A DNA stretch of 64,000 nucleotides from Octopus vulgaris (lineage: Eukaryota). Where the stretch lies: positions 2,542,001 to 2,606,000 of the forward strand of contig OX597825.1 in the NCBI GenBank assembly GCA_951406725.2, written 5' to 3'. Shown piece after piece: positions 13,755 to 28,154 of this stretch. Within the stretch, counting starts at the first letter, position 1; the number at the start of each line of letters is the position of its first letter. The translations under genes were made by a program, and so were the position numbers. A model generated the notes under the pieces. That model worked only from the letters and a program-made list of their open reading frames with translations. It was not told where the DNA came from and searched no databases.

Positions 13755-13988
13755 CTGATATTAGTTTGTACTGCTATGTCAGAGGCCTTGCAACTAGGAT
13801 TATCCTCCACACTTCTCTTAACAATGAGAAGGGTCCTGTCAGAAGAATCTGGTGGATCCGGGCGAGGTTATGTGGATTCCTTCCCCTCTCTGGTGAATTG
13901 CACACTCAATCTTTTAACTGTAGAAAGCGGGATCCAACTTCAGACTGACCCACAATACAGCCTCTTTTGTCCGCTGCTGCATATATGT

Positions 13989-14030
13989 ATAGACAGACAG
14001 ATGGATAGATAGACAGGCAGACAGACAGAC

Positions 14031-14109
<79 letters not shown>

Positions 14110-14115
14110 CAGATA
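13989..14115. repeat. (AGAT)n/(AGAC)n microsatellite
   Basis: Read directly. Confidence 0.95.
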
Positions 14116-14513
14116 CACACACACACAAACATATATATCAGATCCATGTGTGAATCTGTAAGCAGTTTGTGAAATAATACCAAATCTCTATAAATTTGTA
14201 CATGACGAATGAGAGTAAATGTAAATTGGATTTTATATTCTGAGTTACTCCCTTTTCTTACTAAAGCTGTACTTTGACCTGGCCATAGCATGAGCATACT
14301 TGTTCATAGACCAAGAATAAATTGAGATCGACTTGGGGCTAAATAACACAAATGGAATGTGGAGGAACGTAAATATATTCTGAAATAGCTGACACATGGT
14401 AAGCTACAGTATGTGATAAATATCTGAGCATTTGTTAATGCAACCTGTTGTTAGTGGATATAAATACGAACAATATAAAATGTAAATATATATACACACC
14501 TCATATATATATG

Positions 14514-14571
<58 letters not shown>

Positions 14572-15687
14572 CATATATATATATAAGCATATATATATGT
14601 GTATACATATATAAAGGAAAGATCTTTTCGCAAAAGTAGAATCGATTTGATGTGGAAACTTCATATTGCAGGGACTAAATCAATGACTATATTCTGTGTT
14701 TTAATAATCTTAATGGAATCTAACTATTTTACGTGTAAATTGAGGAGCTTAAAAAAATGGATTTGGTAGAGAAATGAAATTGGTAGAAGAGAGAGGAAGA
14801 GGGACATACAGCGGGTGAAAGAGTGGAAGGAAATAGAGGGAAAGATGTGTGATAGAATGACGAATGGAAAGAACAGAGAAAGACAGAAAACACAGTGGAG
14901 CAGGATGATGAAATAATCTTCGAATATTTTTATGGCTGTATCGAATATCAAAAGTGTTTAGAATTCTTGCTGGAAACCAAATGTATGTTGATTCTGCCAT
15001 GAAGTGGAATGAGAAAAGAAAACCATAAACAACAATAAAAACAAATATTAACAACAAAAAAAAAACGTTCACAATAGCAAATGGCTTTTTTTCTTCGTAT
15101 TTATATTTGTTGCCGTGTGATTGAATTAAATCACTGAAAACATTGAAAATAACGTTTGTTGTTGGTTTTTGCCGGTTTGTTTAAAATCTTTTTTAGAACA
15201 TTAAGCTATTAATGATATAGTTGTGTTTTAAATAATTTTCTATTTGTATCTTTTATCTATTTTTCTTTTTATATTTCTTTCCTATAGTACACACACTTCT
15301 TTTTAACCTTTTAGCATGTTGAATGCTTCATCAATTGTGAAAGCAACACTGTCTTTTCTAGGGCTTGCTAGATTTTATTGCCATTATGTCATTCATTCGA
15401 AGTTTTAAAAAATCCAAACATTCGTACATAAATTTCATATGTACCTCGTCATAACGCAGAACACTTAGAAGCTTTTTGGCACGGATGTTCTTTGATCAGT
15501 ACACTAACGTAATAATCACAGTTATATTTCTTTTTAAATCAGCAATAAATAGTCGTTTGTAGAAGAATACTAACGAAATAAGCCAGACTAACTGACGCTG
15601 CAGTAGACAATTTCTGTACAATATAGTCTCCATTCTCTTCTTTGCGATCGAGCGTATTATAGATATACAAATATATACGTATATCTG

Positions 15688-15747
<60 letters not shown>

Positions 15748-15928
15748 TGTATGTGTGTGCGTGTGTTTGTGTCTCCTTTTGCTATCTATTTGTTTATCTG
15801 TCTGTCTGTCTCTTGTTATATGTGTGTATGTGTGTGATTGTGTGCCTGTATATATATATATATATATATACATACATATATATTTATATATATGTATATA
15901 CATACATATATATATATACATATATATA

Positions 15929-15978
<50 letters not shown>

Positions 15979-16567
15979 TTTGTAGTTTTAAGCACTGCAC
16001 CACGTGTTTATACACATATAATTGGTGATAGAAATATTTATTTCAGTCCATTTCTGTTATGAGGAAGCTAACGTATTCCGTTGCTAGGGGCCTGACACTA
16101 TCGTTTGTCAATTTGTCTCTCTATAAAACTACACATCTAAAAGTGAAAGACTTTGGTTTGAACATCACTGATTGTGGCTGTGCTAGATCATAGTTCTGCC
16201 ACTAAAAGCATGCAAATAAAGAAATGGGAATTTTTTTAATAATCACTCGATCCGCTGGAGGCAGAAAACTTATCACAATCAGCTGCATTAATTGAAATCA
16301 AAATAAATATAGTTCGAGATGCACTCTTTTGGAGAAGGTAATTAGTTGACCACATCTATAAAATCATTGTTATATGTCTTGCATTGGCTAAATATTATTA
16401 TACTGAAGTTGGTAGGAATCGCAACCACAATTCTCAGGAATTTTTTTAAAAGATTACATCTTAAAAAGAGAGAAACGTATGATAATGTGGTGCTATTGAG
16501 AGAAATCATGAGGGAATCCACCCTAACCATGACCACCCTTTTTGTTGCGTTTCGAATCACTATTTGA

Positions 16568-16696
16568 AGTCAAACACATGTACGTCAATTATGACGATGA
16601 CAGCCCCCATGATTGCAACGATGACAGCGACGGGGATGAACAACACAACAATGATGACAAAGGGGATGATGATTAGGGAAACTGCGTCCATGATGG
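16568..16696 (+). repeat. Left arm of 129-bp inverted duplication (partner 18800-18928)
   Basis: Manual alignment to the reverse complement of 18800-18928 gives about 9 substitutions and no gaps. Confidence 0.92.
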
Positions 16697-17218
16697 ATGC
16701 GCTATGTGCACATCAATAATTATGATGATGATGATAATATTGATGAAGCTCGTGACAGCCACGACGATGATGGTGATGTGTATGATGCTGACTTGAACAA
16801 GGATGCTACTAGTGCTACCAATATCACTACTCATGTTACTGCTACTGCATCAACAACAACGACAACAACAGCAAAACCAACTAGTGCCGCTTCTTGCAGG
16901 TAGACGTATAACTATACTCTGAAACGCTAGATTGCTCATCTTCAGAAGATAAAAAAAACGTTAAGACATTGCTAGTTATTTTGAGAGGAATACAAATAAA
17001 AAAAATTCTAATAGATTGCTCGGCAGAACCGTTGGAAAACCTTTGTCACACGGGCGCGGCTAGTATCACCAGGAAATTAGTTCCTAGTGGAAAAGAACAA
17101 AGATCCTGGTACAGTTGGGCGCATGTAGTGAGACCGATACTCTTGGATCTCTCAAGGAGTTCATACCAACCCCGAGTTTAAAGACCCCCCCAAAAAAATA
17201 TTGCTTTACGCGCGTATC

Positions 17219-17652
17219 GGCACAGGCGAGGTTGTGTGATAAGAATCTTGCTTACTAACCACTTGTTTCTGGGTTCAGACCTACTCCGTGACACCTTGAG
17301 CAACCTATCTTCTATTATTGCTTTGGGCCGACGAAAGCCTTGCGAGTGGATTTGGTAGACGAAATTTAGAAGAATCCCGTCGAATATATGTGTGTGTGTG
17401 TATGCATATATATGTGTGTGTGAGTGAGTCTTCATGTGTGCGTTAGACCCCCCACCACCGCCTGACAACCGGTCTTTGTGTGTTTACATCCACGTAACTT
17501 TGCGGTTCGGCAAAAGGAACCGATAATATAAATATCACGTTCAGCAAAAAAAGAAGAAATACTGGGGTCAATTCATTCGACTGAAGGTTCAAGGCGGTGC
17601 CCCAGCATGGCCACAGTTTAATGACTGAAACAATTAAAAGGTAACAGGTAAA
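17219..17652 (+). mobile_element. tRNA-derived SINE family A, full-length copy
   Basis: Head GGCACAGGCGAGGTTGTGTGATAAG...GGGTTCAGACC, body GAGTGGATTTGGTAGACG, (TG)n spacer and tail GGCGGTGCCCCAGCATGGCC...GACTGAAAC, all shared with other copies in the window. Confidence 0.85.
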
Positions 17653-18234
17653 ACCGCTTTAGATACCTACCCGTAATTCGAAGCCAGTATCACATGCTAG
17701 GATTAAAATCGTTTTCTTCACACAAACACCTGCTAACATGCTAGTCTAATGCTTTTGGTATTTGCTTTGTTCACTTTAAATTTTTACTGACGTTATTGAC
17801 TCTGGCTATATCTCTCTTCATAACAGTATTATTTGTAAGAGATTTTTTGAAATCCAATACTGCAAAGTAATTAATATTTTGTCTTTTATGTAAAATGAAA
17901 TAAACTATCTCAAAGTTACCTTTTATTTGATTTCTAATTAACACGAGTAATTTCTTTTCTTCGTATAAGTGGGAACTCCTAAATTGAATTATTCCTGACT
18001 CTGCATCTCATTTTCCCAAGTTACTAACTAATAACGAAATCTTACCTTTAAAGCCATCGTATTAACTAAAAACAAAATAATGAAGATAAAATTTAAATAA
18101 AGTAAGAAAATATCTAATTTATTTCTGTTAAGAAATACTTTTTAAAAAATGTGTAAACAAGGCAAAAAAATGCATGGCTTTGTCTTTTATTTGATTTCCT
18201 TTCCTTTAATGAAACATATTTTGAGAAAAAATGC

Positions 18235-18235
<1 letters not shown>

Positions 18236-18287
<52 letters not shown>
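18236..18287. repeat. (AAT)n microsatellite
   Basis: Read directly. Confidence 0.95.
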
Positions 18288-18629
18288 CTATAAATATGCA
18301 ACTAAGCATTGTGAATTGTAATAAAAATACCATGAAAACAAAAGAAGGAGAAAACTAAATAAAGAAACAGAAAGCAAAACATCGCAAAACAATATAGGTC
18401 ATATTCATAACAACTTTTTCCATGATGTATTCACTAAGACTACAACATCGCTTAAATTTAATTTCATACGACATATTTTCTTATTTAATATAATGGAACT
18501 TAAAATAATTTTGAATAGAAAATTAGATTGCAGCTTATGTACACCAACACATTCCTCCATTCACGTCCTCATTCTTCTCATTCGCCTCGTCAGTATCAGT
18601 AACTTCCCTATCCGCCCCTCCTCTTTCTC

Positions 18630-18683
18630 CACCTCACCAGCATCATCATCATCATCATCATCATCATCACCATCACCCCCACC

Positions 18684-18715
<32 letters not shown>

Positions 18716-18799
18716 CATCACCATCATCACCATCAACCACCACCACCACCACCACCATCCTCTTCCTCCTCCCCCTCCTCATCATCATCATCGCCATCA
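18630..18799. repeat. (CAT)n/(CAC)n/(CCT)n compound trinucleotide repeat
   Basis: Read directly; it generates the poly-S/T and poly-D ORFs in the track. Confidence 0.9.
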
Positions 18800-18928
18800 C
18801 CATCATGTACGTAGTTTCCCTAATCATCATCCCTTTTGTCATCATTGTAGTGTTGTTCATCCTCGTCGCTGTCATCGTTGCAATCATGGGGGCTGTCATC
18901 GACATCATTGTCGTACATGCGTTTGACT
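18800..18928 (-). repeat. Right arm of 129-bp inverted duplication (partner 16568-16696)
   Basis: Reverse complement matches 16568-16696 at about 93%. Confidence 0.92.
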
Positions 18929-20299
18929 CCGACCCACTTTTAATTTGAATGGAAGGGATTTCAGGAATATTTTACCCTCGTTTTGTGACAGATTGAATAA
19001 ATGTGTAATTGATCTCTCAGTGGTTCGATTTCTTTTGCTGATTTTGTTTGTTTCTGTTGATGTGGAAATTTACCACTGGATTACCTGACAGAAATGATCA
19101 AAACGTATGTAGCTATAAACGTAGGTTTCTTTTCTCATGCACATGTATTTGATAGTGTACTGTACAATGTATTCTCAGATATCATCCTGTTTCATATGTG
19201 TGGTTTAATTGAAATTTGGCTGCTAATTCTAGTAACGAAGAGAAGGTTTCCTCAGTGGATCGACCAATATTTAGAGGAGTTAACAAAATAATTGAATTCA
19301 TTCAGAGCGCCAAGCAAGCAGAAATTGGGAATGTTCACCAGGAGCAAATTATCTGGAATCACCAGATGTATAACACAAACGATGCAATCAGAAACACGAG
19401 AAATTCACAAACATTGATTGATTAACGATACTGCAGGAGATGGCAGTTAATACTAACAGGGGAATCTTAACCAATCATCATAACATATTTATAATTTATG
19501 CATCGACGTTTCCTTCATGATAATCAGGCCTTTATTTCGGATCCAATATGTCCAGTGTAACATTATCTAATGTATTCCCTTAATTTGTTGTAAAGTTGGA
19601 TGTGGTTTAATGGAAATTGGACTGCTACTTCAATTGTACATATTCTTATATCATTTTGACCCTTTGCAAAGCATAACATTATCAATAATCTATATACAGG
19701 TTGAATGACGAGCCCAGAGAAATATTGACAACTCTTGGTTTCTTCGGAAATTTACATATATTATGTGTAAATTGTAATTATTATTGCTGTTTTCGTTAAT
19801 ATTATTACTATACACTCAACAATGATAGAAACCAAAAGGGATTGGTAATGTTGAATACTAAGCGTATTTGATTTTACATTCGGCAAATATATGTAAAAAA
19901 CAAAAGAAACAAAACCACAAAAGAGTGAAATATATAGACGGAAAAAAGTTTGTATTTTGCAAAACAGAATGCCATGTACATTACTGCCATCGTCATGGTC
20001 ACTACAAGTAATCGCTCTATGCGCTGGCTATAATTCATACATGGATGCTTTACAGAAATATCCATATATTGGAGGATGCACCATTTAGTGCAGTGCGCGT
20101 AGTTAAAAGACATAATTATTACTGCTGGGATACTTTTGGAAATAGGCTTGCTTTGGTGGCAATGTGCTTGGGAGTTAAATCATAGCATTGGTAATACTGT
20201 CAAGAGAAACTCTCATCGGAATGCCAGGTTGAGAATGTTGGCAAATAAATCCTTTAATGCAATAGGAATTAACACATTACAAACAAATCTCAGAATATC

Positions 20300-21420
20300 T
20301 AAAAGAAGTATTTACGAGCATGCAAGAAAGTATATACGTATCCGTGGAACTTACTACAAATATTAGAAAAATCTTGTACAGATATCACCATATCATCTCT
20401 AAAAATGATTACTAGATAATATTTGACTTGAAAGTTAGATGTAAAATTATGACTGGGATAGCTTCGAGCGAAGCATCTCGTCGAACAAAATCGACCTGTG
20501 GTTAAACGATAAAATACAAAGTTGACATTTAAACCAGTGACATATATAAATACATTTACTATGTACAAAACCTACGCCATTTCCAAGCAACCATACGAAT
20601 TCGGTAGACACATCTAGAATTAATTTGATACAGAACGTTCAAAGTAAAGCAAAAATTGCAAATGATGAAACAGCATAAATAATACAGGAAGACGAAGAAA
20701 TAAGAAGAAAAACTGAAGACATAAAATGTACTAAAATTGAAGAAAAAGCAGAGATACCCAGAATAGCAATCACGTGGCGAAAAAACACGAAATGCTTAAT
20801 AAAAAGATACAATAAGTACATCATAACTTAAATGATGAAGTAAATATAACCCGTATAAATCACATATACTCTGTAATGATATACTAGAATAATGTAAACT
20901 GCAGGAATAGATAATATAAGGTATTAAATACAGAGAGGAGTAGTAGGAACCGTGGTAAATACAGAAGAAAAATGCGGAAACAGATTAACCAAAACAGAAA
21001 GCACTTATCAATATTAACATAAATAAATAATGAATTAGTTTAGTCTAATAACAAAAATGATAGATAAATAAAAAAAACCATGTGAAGGAAAAAAATATGG
21101 ATATAGGAGACAGAGCATTAAATGTAAGACAGAAGCAGCGAAATTAGTAAATATCTGAAGCAACTAATTGCTGTAAAAGCCCGACGGATCAGACGAATCG
21201 ATTCGAACAGAGACATAAACAATTTATATAAAAATAAAACGCATTGTGGAAACAGAAATACATTCTAAGATAACTAAATGAGAAGGAAAAGGAGAAAACA
21301 CATCAAGACATATCCAGTCTGCTCAAGTAACCGAAATTGAGAAGCACTTGGCTGAAATATGGGGGAAATACAACTATCTCATAACAATTATACAGACATT
21401 GAGTTGATGGTCAATATGTA
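20300..21420 (+). pseudogene. Decayed non-LTR retrotransposon, R4/Dong-like pre-RT region
   Basis: Strongly A-rich plus strand; peptides LKQLIAVKARRIRRIDSNRDINNLYKNK (from 21155) and EIEKHLAEIWGK (from 21333) resemble the 'LKQ...AK..R.RRY....QN..F' and 'E.FW..IW....HN' motifs N-terminal to the RT in this clade. Boundaries approximate. Confidence 0.45.
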
Positions 21421-23300
21421 GAAAATTAAATTCCAACAGAGGAAGGCTGTGTAAGGCTGTGTATATTTCACGAATGCGTACATCGCGTTTACGAGATTGT
21501 CCCTTTGAAGTAAAAAAAAAATACTGAAGTTAGAGCGGATACCCTACGGAAGATCAGGTGGCATTGTCGCATATTTCATAGACAGGAATTTATTACTTTC
21601 TTTCTTCGCGAAGAGTCGACTGCTTCCGAAGGTAGAAAAAGACACAAAAGCTTGTCATTTTAATTACCACAACTTCTTGTGTGTGAGGCAAACATCCTAG
21701 ACTCCTTAAGATTTACAATTTGATATTTTAAATCTTATCAATAACTTTATACGCTTATGTGTTTTTAATATACCACATTGAATCTGTAGCCATTTTAGGA
21801 CAGGGTATTCTTAGCCATCTCTGCAGGACTGATAAGATAGTAATAGCTATACGCATTGTATTGGTTTCACTTAATTCAAGTAAACCTTCTCTCAAAACGC
21901 GTGTGTCTGTATAATCAATATTATAAATATTCCCATTATTATTGACAACTGATTAGTTAGGAGTTGTCGCGCATTCACATTTCTTTGAGCCGTAGGTTGG
22001 CAGTGTTACTGAGGAAGTACTATTGGGAAGAAGTAAATTGATTGTTTCCCTCTTAGAATTCTGCTGAAGAAACTATATAACTTTGATCTAGTTCTTTCGA
22101 AATGGGAAGACACTTCTCAGCAGGAGTGTGCTGGGAAATACGCAGGTTTGCGTGTATCAATATCTCCTACAGTCTCCATTGCATGCAACACAATACAGAT
22201 AAGAATGAGATTGATTATTTTTACGAGGCACCAATCACAATGCAAACGGTTCAAGTCCCATTTACTAAGGTTGCATCAATCCATATGCACCGGTATTCTG
22301 TCAGTGGTCAGGGATTTTTTAACTCAACGATGGCTTTGATGGGATTCTAAGGAATCTTGGTCAACGTGGCTGATTTGTCCATAATTTTAAATTGTAGTAT
22401 CTTTAGAAATTTCAGTACTCTTATTAGGCGTGTTCGTATGTTTGCTCTTTCTGCGACATGATTATTGATATTTATACTTTTTGACACAGGGTGCACTGAA
22501 CGTTCATAGTCGTTGAAATTTATTCAATAGTCTATTGATGAATAAATGCAAAGAGTTTTCCATAGAAACTGTAACGAGAATCAATGAGTAGACATTCGAC
22601 TAATTGATTGAACGATTGAAACCTTATAGATATTACTGGCCTAGAAGTGTGACTAGGGTAATATTGCCATTCTAACGTGCGTTAGGATGGCCTCTTAGAG
22701 ATGTGCTGAGAGTAACGTTACTAATCACTGACCACTCGATCAGTGTCCATGTGCTTGTGATTTTGGTTTTTGTTTTTGTCCACCAGGTGTTGTCTCATGA
22801 AGGTGAAGGACGAAGCCCAGATAGCAGTATGAATCTATGATGGACACTTCATTGCCGTTAAAATCTGTCCGAGATGTACCGACAGTTTTGCCCATTCTAC
22901 TGTCCATAGTGACGCTAGTTGCATTGTATAGGCAAAAAAACAAAACAAACAAACAAACAAACAAAAAACAAATGTTTGAAGCCTGGCAATTACGTCTTCG
23001 ACAGGATTTTGATTTAGAAGTTCGCAGTCTACTTGCACAGTAAATGGAAGGGCAGTCATTGCACTTCAATTGATTTTATGATAGGAGAGAGAGAGAGAGT
23101 GATTTCCATACCCTGACTTAATGGGTGTACTCTCACAATAATCTTATCCAAGAGATGGAAGATAAAAGAGGGCAATTTTCAGTGGCGTCAGTTGCCTATT
23201 CAAAGGTGGTGTTCTCCAAAACAGGGGACACATAGCAGTCTAGTATATAGAATTACAATTTTCTTTTTAATTCTTCCTTCCATCCATATACCCCCACAAA

Positions 23301-23515
23301 GAGATGAACTGCAGAATCGTTAGCAGACTGGGCAGCATAATTAATCGAATTTTAGCCGTCTTTACGTTCTGAGTTAAAGTTGCACCTTGGTCAGTCAATG
23401 TTGCCTTTCAAACATAGGGGTCGATAAATTGAATAGCGGTTGAGCACCGGGGGTTGAATGAAATCGACTTAAGTCCGACCCGAAATAGCACCACTTGTGT
23501 CACAGTTTGAAACCT
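23301..23515 (+). mobile_element. tRNA-derived SINE family B, diverged copy
   Basis: GCAGAATCGTTAGCA...CGTTCTGAGTTAAA...GCCTTTCAAACATAGGGGTCGATAAATT is similar to the 48849-49069 copy. Confidence 0.7.
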
Positions 23516-23632
23516 ACACTTTCCCGTATTCGCGCGTTTGGCAATGGAAACAATATTATAGACGCTGCTTTCTATCGGTTTGATGTTTAAGGAGATTCCA
23601 TGCCCACACATTTCATTTATATATACATACAT

Positions 23633-23717
<85 letters not shown>

Positions 23718-23765
23718 TAAATGTATGTATGTATATATATATGTGTGTGTGTGTATGTATGTATG

Positions 23766-23809
<44 letters not shown>

Positions 23810-25579
23810 TACATATATATATACATATATATACATATATATATATATATGTACGTATGTATGTATCTTACGAACGTTTACAAGATGAATGCAGAGTATG
23901 ACTTCAAATGTTTGCGCTTCCTTGCTTTGCTTTTTGTGTATATGTGTGCGTATGGGTATGTATGTGTGTGTATGTGTGTGTTTCTGTGTGTTTATATGTG
24001 TATGTATAAATTTACAATATGATATCACTGGGATAATTCACTTTATACATATGTCAAGTGGAATTTATTTGAAAGAAGATGAATTAAATCCAAAAATATT
24101 TAAATAATTATACATTTAATTCTTACCTCAAACGTGATTGTTCTCATTATCGCGAAAGTTCTAGTGTTGCACTTCTTCTCTTCACGAAATATGTTAAACG
24201 GGTCTTCGAGACAGACATTCATTTTACTTGTCATATGATAGGCATGTGGTATATGTTCCTCTTAATACTAATTATTTCAGATCTTTTCAAGCCAGCTTGT
24301 TATTATATTGTCTATTTAGATAAGAAGCATCTACTTCAACTACATCCTATCTTTATGAATTTTAATTACCTCACAGGCATCAGAAAAGTTTGTAAATAAT
24401 AGCCTTTTAATATACATTCTTAGATGTAGCAAATTTTGAAGCCAGCTGAGTAAATGTTCTGAAGAGGTTCCAATTTTGACAGGAAGTAAAGAAAATCATA
24501 TACAGTTAAAAGTAATAACTTAGAACGTAAACCTGATAATATTTGGTGATTAAAAACCAACGTGAATTACTCAGAACGTCGTTAAGCACATCTCTGAAAA
24601 ATACCATTTACATAAGTAAGCACTTCAGTCAGGCGTTCAACCATTGTTTCGATCTCCTATTAACACTTGTCTGACATTTTATTCTTTTTCTACAAGATCC
24701 TGTCAATTTTTTTCTCTCCCTCAAATCATGATCGTGGCCTTTATTGAAAAGTTGTCTTGTAGTTTTGACAAGATGTTCAATTAATTCTTTTCTACGCCTT
24801 GTACACTTATATTTTAGCTTTTAGATATATATGCCTGTGTGTGTGTGTGTGCGTGCGTGTATGTACATAAATATATAGCCACATACACACCCATATATAC
24901 ACATAAATAAATGTATGCTTACTATCATACGTATGTATAAATTAATATCGGCCCATATCTCAGATCTTTCATGAGTCACTCTTTATATGTATATATGTAT
25001 ATTCTATCAAAGACGTGTAACAATTTCCCTATACCTGCACTCCTCACCTCACTAATTCCACCCCTTCTTTCCATTAGAGTGCACGTGTCATAAAAATAGT
25101 ATATGTTATCAGATTGTCATTCATCTTTTCATGCCTGTGATTTCATTTGCCATTTGTTGTAGAAAGATCTGACAGCAGAGGAGAGAAAATAGAATATTGT
25201 ATTGATAGCTACTTGATAGATGAGAACAATGTTATTTTTCAATATTATTAGATGTCTGTCGTCGGCAATATAATCTGTGATTACAGCTGGCTCTACTTTA
25301 GATTTTTCAAATTATGCGCATATTTTATACCTCCTGCAGCTATAACATTCACATTTAAGCTAATTGTGTCTTTTTGTATGTGTGTGTGTGTGTGTATGTG
25401 TGTGTGTGTGTGTGTGTGTGTAGCTTTCCAGGAGTTTCAGAGTGTAACTGTGTTTATGAAAATATGTACACACATGCATACATTTATTCACACATATACA
25501 CATACCTATGTATGTGTGTCTGCGGTGACTATATATATATACATATAGTCGGAAATGCATACATGCATATACAAATATA

Positions 25580-25629
<50 letters not shown>

Positions 25630-26147
25630 AGATAGATAGAGAGAGAGAGAGAGACATAGAGAGAGACGAAGATAGAAAGAGAAATAAAGATGGGTGCGTG
25701 CTTGTATGAATGCATGGATGTATCATAATGTGGTTTAGTGAATGAGTAAAATCTGACTGGAAATCGCCAGACAACGTTTCATACTGATGACCTGGTTCTC
25801 ATATCTCTATCTGAGGAAAATCCTAAGAAAAATGTAAGCAAAATATTGTGAAAAATTCGAAAGAATACGAGTGAATTTAGGAACTAGCATCAAATCTCTA
25901 GTTAATAATAGAGAGAGCTAGGTGTCAGATATATCTGGAGGTTAAAGACAATCAAGATGGACAGCATGTGCTATGAGAAGTTTAATTTTACGGAGACACA
26001 TATATAACTACTTCTACATGTATATACACACACACACCTATAATTGTATCTACTCATCACGCGAATATTATTTCATTCATTTTTCGCTTCTTGTGAATCG
26101 TAGCACGATTCACAATAAGTGAGATAACTACCCTGTTGCGTACTCAC

Positions 26148-26164
26148 AGGTCTTCCTACGCAGT
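26148..26164 (-). other. Candidate 17-nt microexon
   Basis: Minus strand reads ...catgttgtcttctctttcag|ACTGCGTAGGAAGACCT|gtgagt...: strong polypyrimidine acceptor and consensus GTGAGT donor 17 nt apart. No partner exons identified. Confidence 0.35.
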
Positions 26165-27417
26165 CTGAAAGAGAAGACAACATGGGTTTGACATTACTCG
26201 ACGTTACTTTACATTTGTTTCAGTTGTCGGGGAATAAAATAACAAACATAGTGCAACACTATACACGGAAGATTTAGGTGTGTCTCAAAAGCCAGCCTGC
26301 ATAAGCAAATCCATCGCCTGCAGAGAAGCGAGAAATACACCAATAATCTCTCTGCATAAACGTTTATTTATTCATGACGCATTTATGAGGGCTATCTACA
26401 AAATTCATCTACTGTGTAACATCGTGTGTTTCCGAATATTGAAACACGCGTACCTAATGATATACAGGAGTGCCAAGTTCAAGCCTCTGTCCAATGTTTC
26501 TCTCGTTATACCTAATTACCTACCTACCTACCTACCTACCTACCTATTTATGTACCTGCCTACAAACCTACCTACTTATCTACCTACATACATAGATACA
26601 GACAGATATCTATCTATCTATCTATCTATCTGTTTATCTATCTATATATATATATACACACACATATATATAATATATAATATAATATATATATATGTGT
26701 GTGTGTGTATGTGTATAAATAAAATAGTGCGCGTATGTGTATCAATGACTATACACGCAGTTAGCTAATGTAAATATACTGTTCTGATCATGACGTATAG
26801 TGACTCTGGCATGGCTGTTCCGTTAACAGCAGAAGCGGCAATCAAAATCCATTATCCCATCATTTGCTATAATTCTTTCAGTGCTATACTACCAAATAAT
26901 CCCACAGAAAATAGTAACATAAACCCGGCTAAGAAAGAAAGAAAAAAAAAGGCAACCCTGATGAGGTGATTCTTCACTGACTGCCATAAAACTAAACTAA
27001 ACTCTAATTGAATCTACAAAAACATCCTTGAAACAGAAACTTCAAATAAAATCCTTCAAATATCGTTGATAAGAACAACACATAAGACTAATGGAAGCTT
27101 TTGAGTATATTTACATAAACTCTACGGTCACGTATTTGAGTGTCATTACACAACCGAACTCCCACGTCAGAATGAAGTGAGAGCTTCAAACAATACAGGA
27201 AGTGTAACAAAAAAACCCCCACTCGTTACTGTAGACGATGGTTTATAAGATTACTTTTCCCCTCCTTTAAAAAACAGAGCAATCTTAATATTCGGGGCCA
27301 CGTAAATGAACTTGTTGGAACCCTAACCCCTCAACTGCCAAATGGAAAGCGTATTTAAAAAGAAAATGAAGATCCTGACTCTATCTTTCAGCAATTTATC
27401 TGCAGGACATGTGTCGT

Positions 27418-27426
27418 CGCCATCTT
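27418..27426 (-). promoter_or_regulatory. YY1-type motif (AAGATGGCG on minus strand) near a CpG-retaining patch
   Basis: CGCCATCTT on the plus strand; 27690-27850 nearby has many CpGs and a TGACGT half-CRE. Motif match only. Confidence 0.2.
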
Positions 27427-27477
27427 AACCACACCTACAATATCGCTATGCAATAATAAAAAGACAACGCAGAGATT

Positions 27478-27688
<211 letters not shown>

Positions 27689-27998
27689 GAAACGGTACCC
27701 GTAGTGCAAGAGAAACAGTATCCACGCAAGCGACTGGTTTATAAACGAAATACCACGCCATTGAGAAAGCAGAAGTGGGTGACGTATTTGCTGATTTGCT
27801 GTGTACGGCGTCGAGTCAAGTGGGATCAACGGACTTAAAGAGCCCCACCCCTAGCATGTCCCTAGAAGTTATAGAAAACTATATCATACTAAAAGTCACA
27901 TTAAAAATGTCTATTGTAGATGCACTATTTGTGAATGATAAATGGTTTAAAAGATAATTGATCAAAAGTCTATATAAGAGAAGATTTGGTTCCGCAGC

Positions 27999-28054
27999 AA
28001 ATAATAATAATAATGATGTTAATAATGATAATAATAATAATAATAATGATGATG

Positions 28055-28131
<77 letters not shown>

Positions 28132-28154
28132 CAATAATACTAATAATAATAATA
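27999..28154. repeat. (AAT)n microsatellite with GAT interruptions
   Basis: Read directly. Confidence 0.95.

Noticed and set aside
18493-18948. 151-aa ORF resembling a Ser/Thr-rich membrane protein
   Set aside because: The Ser run and hydrophobic tail both come from (CAT)n-derived sequence, and the tail is one arm of the inverted duplication.
26952-26986. CTGATGA followed by a GTGA/TCAC hairpin
   Set aside because: No GAAA, stem III or UH follows, so it is not a hammerhead.
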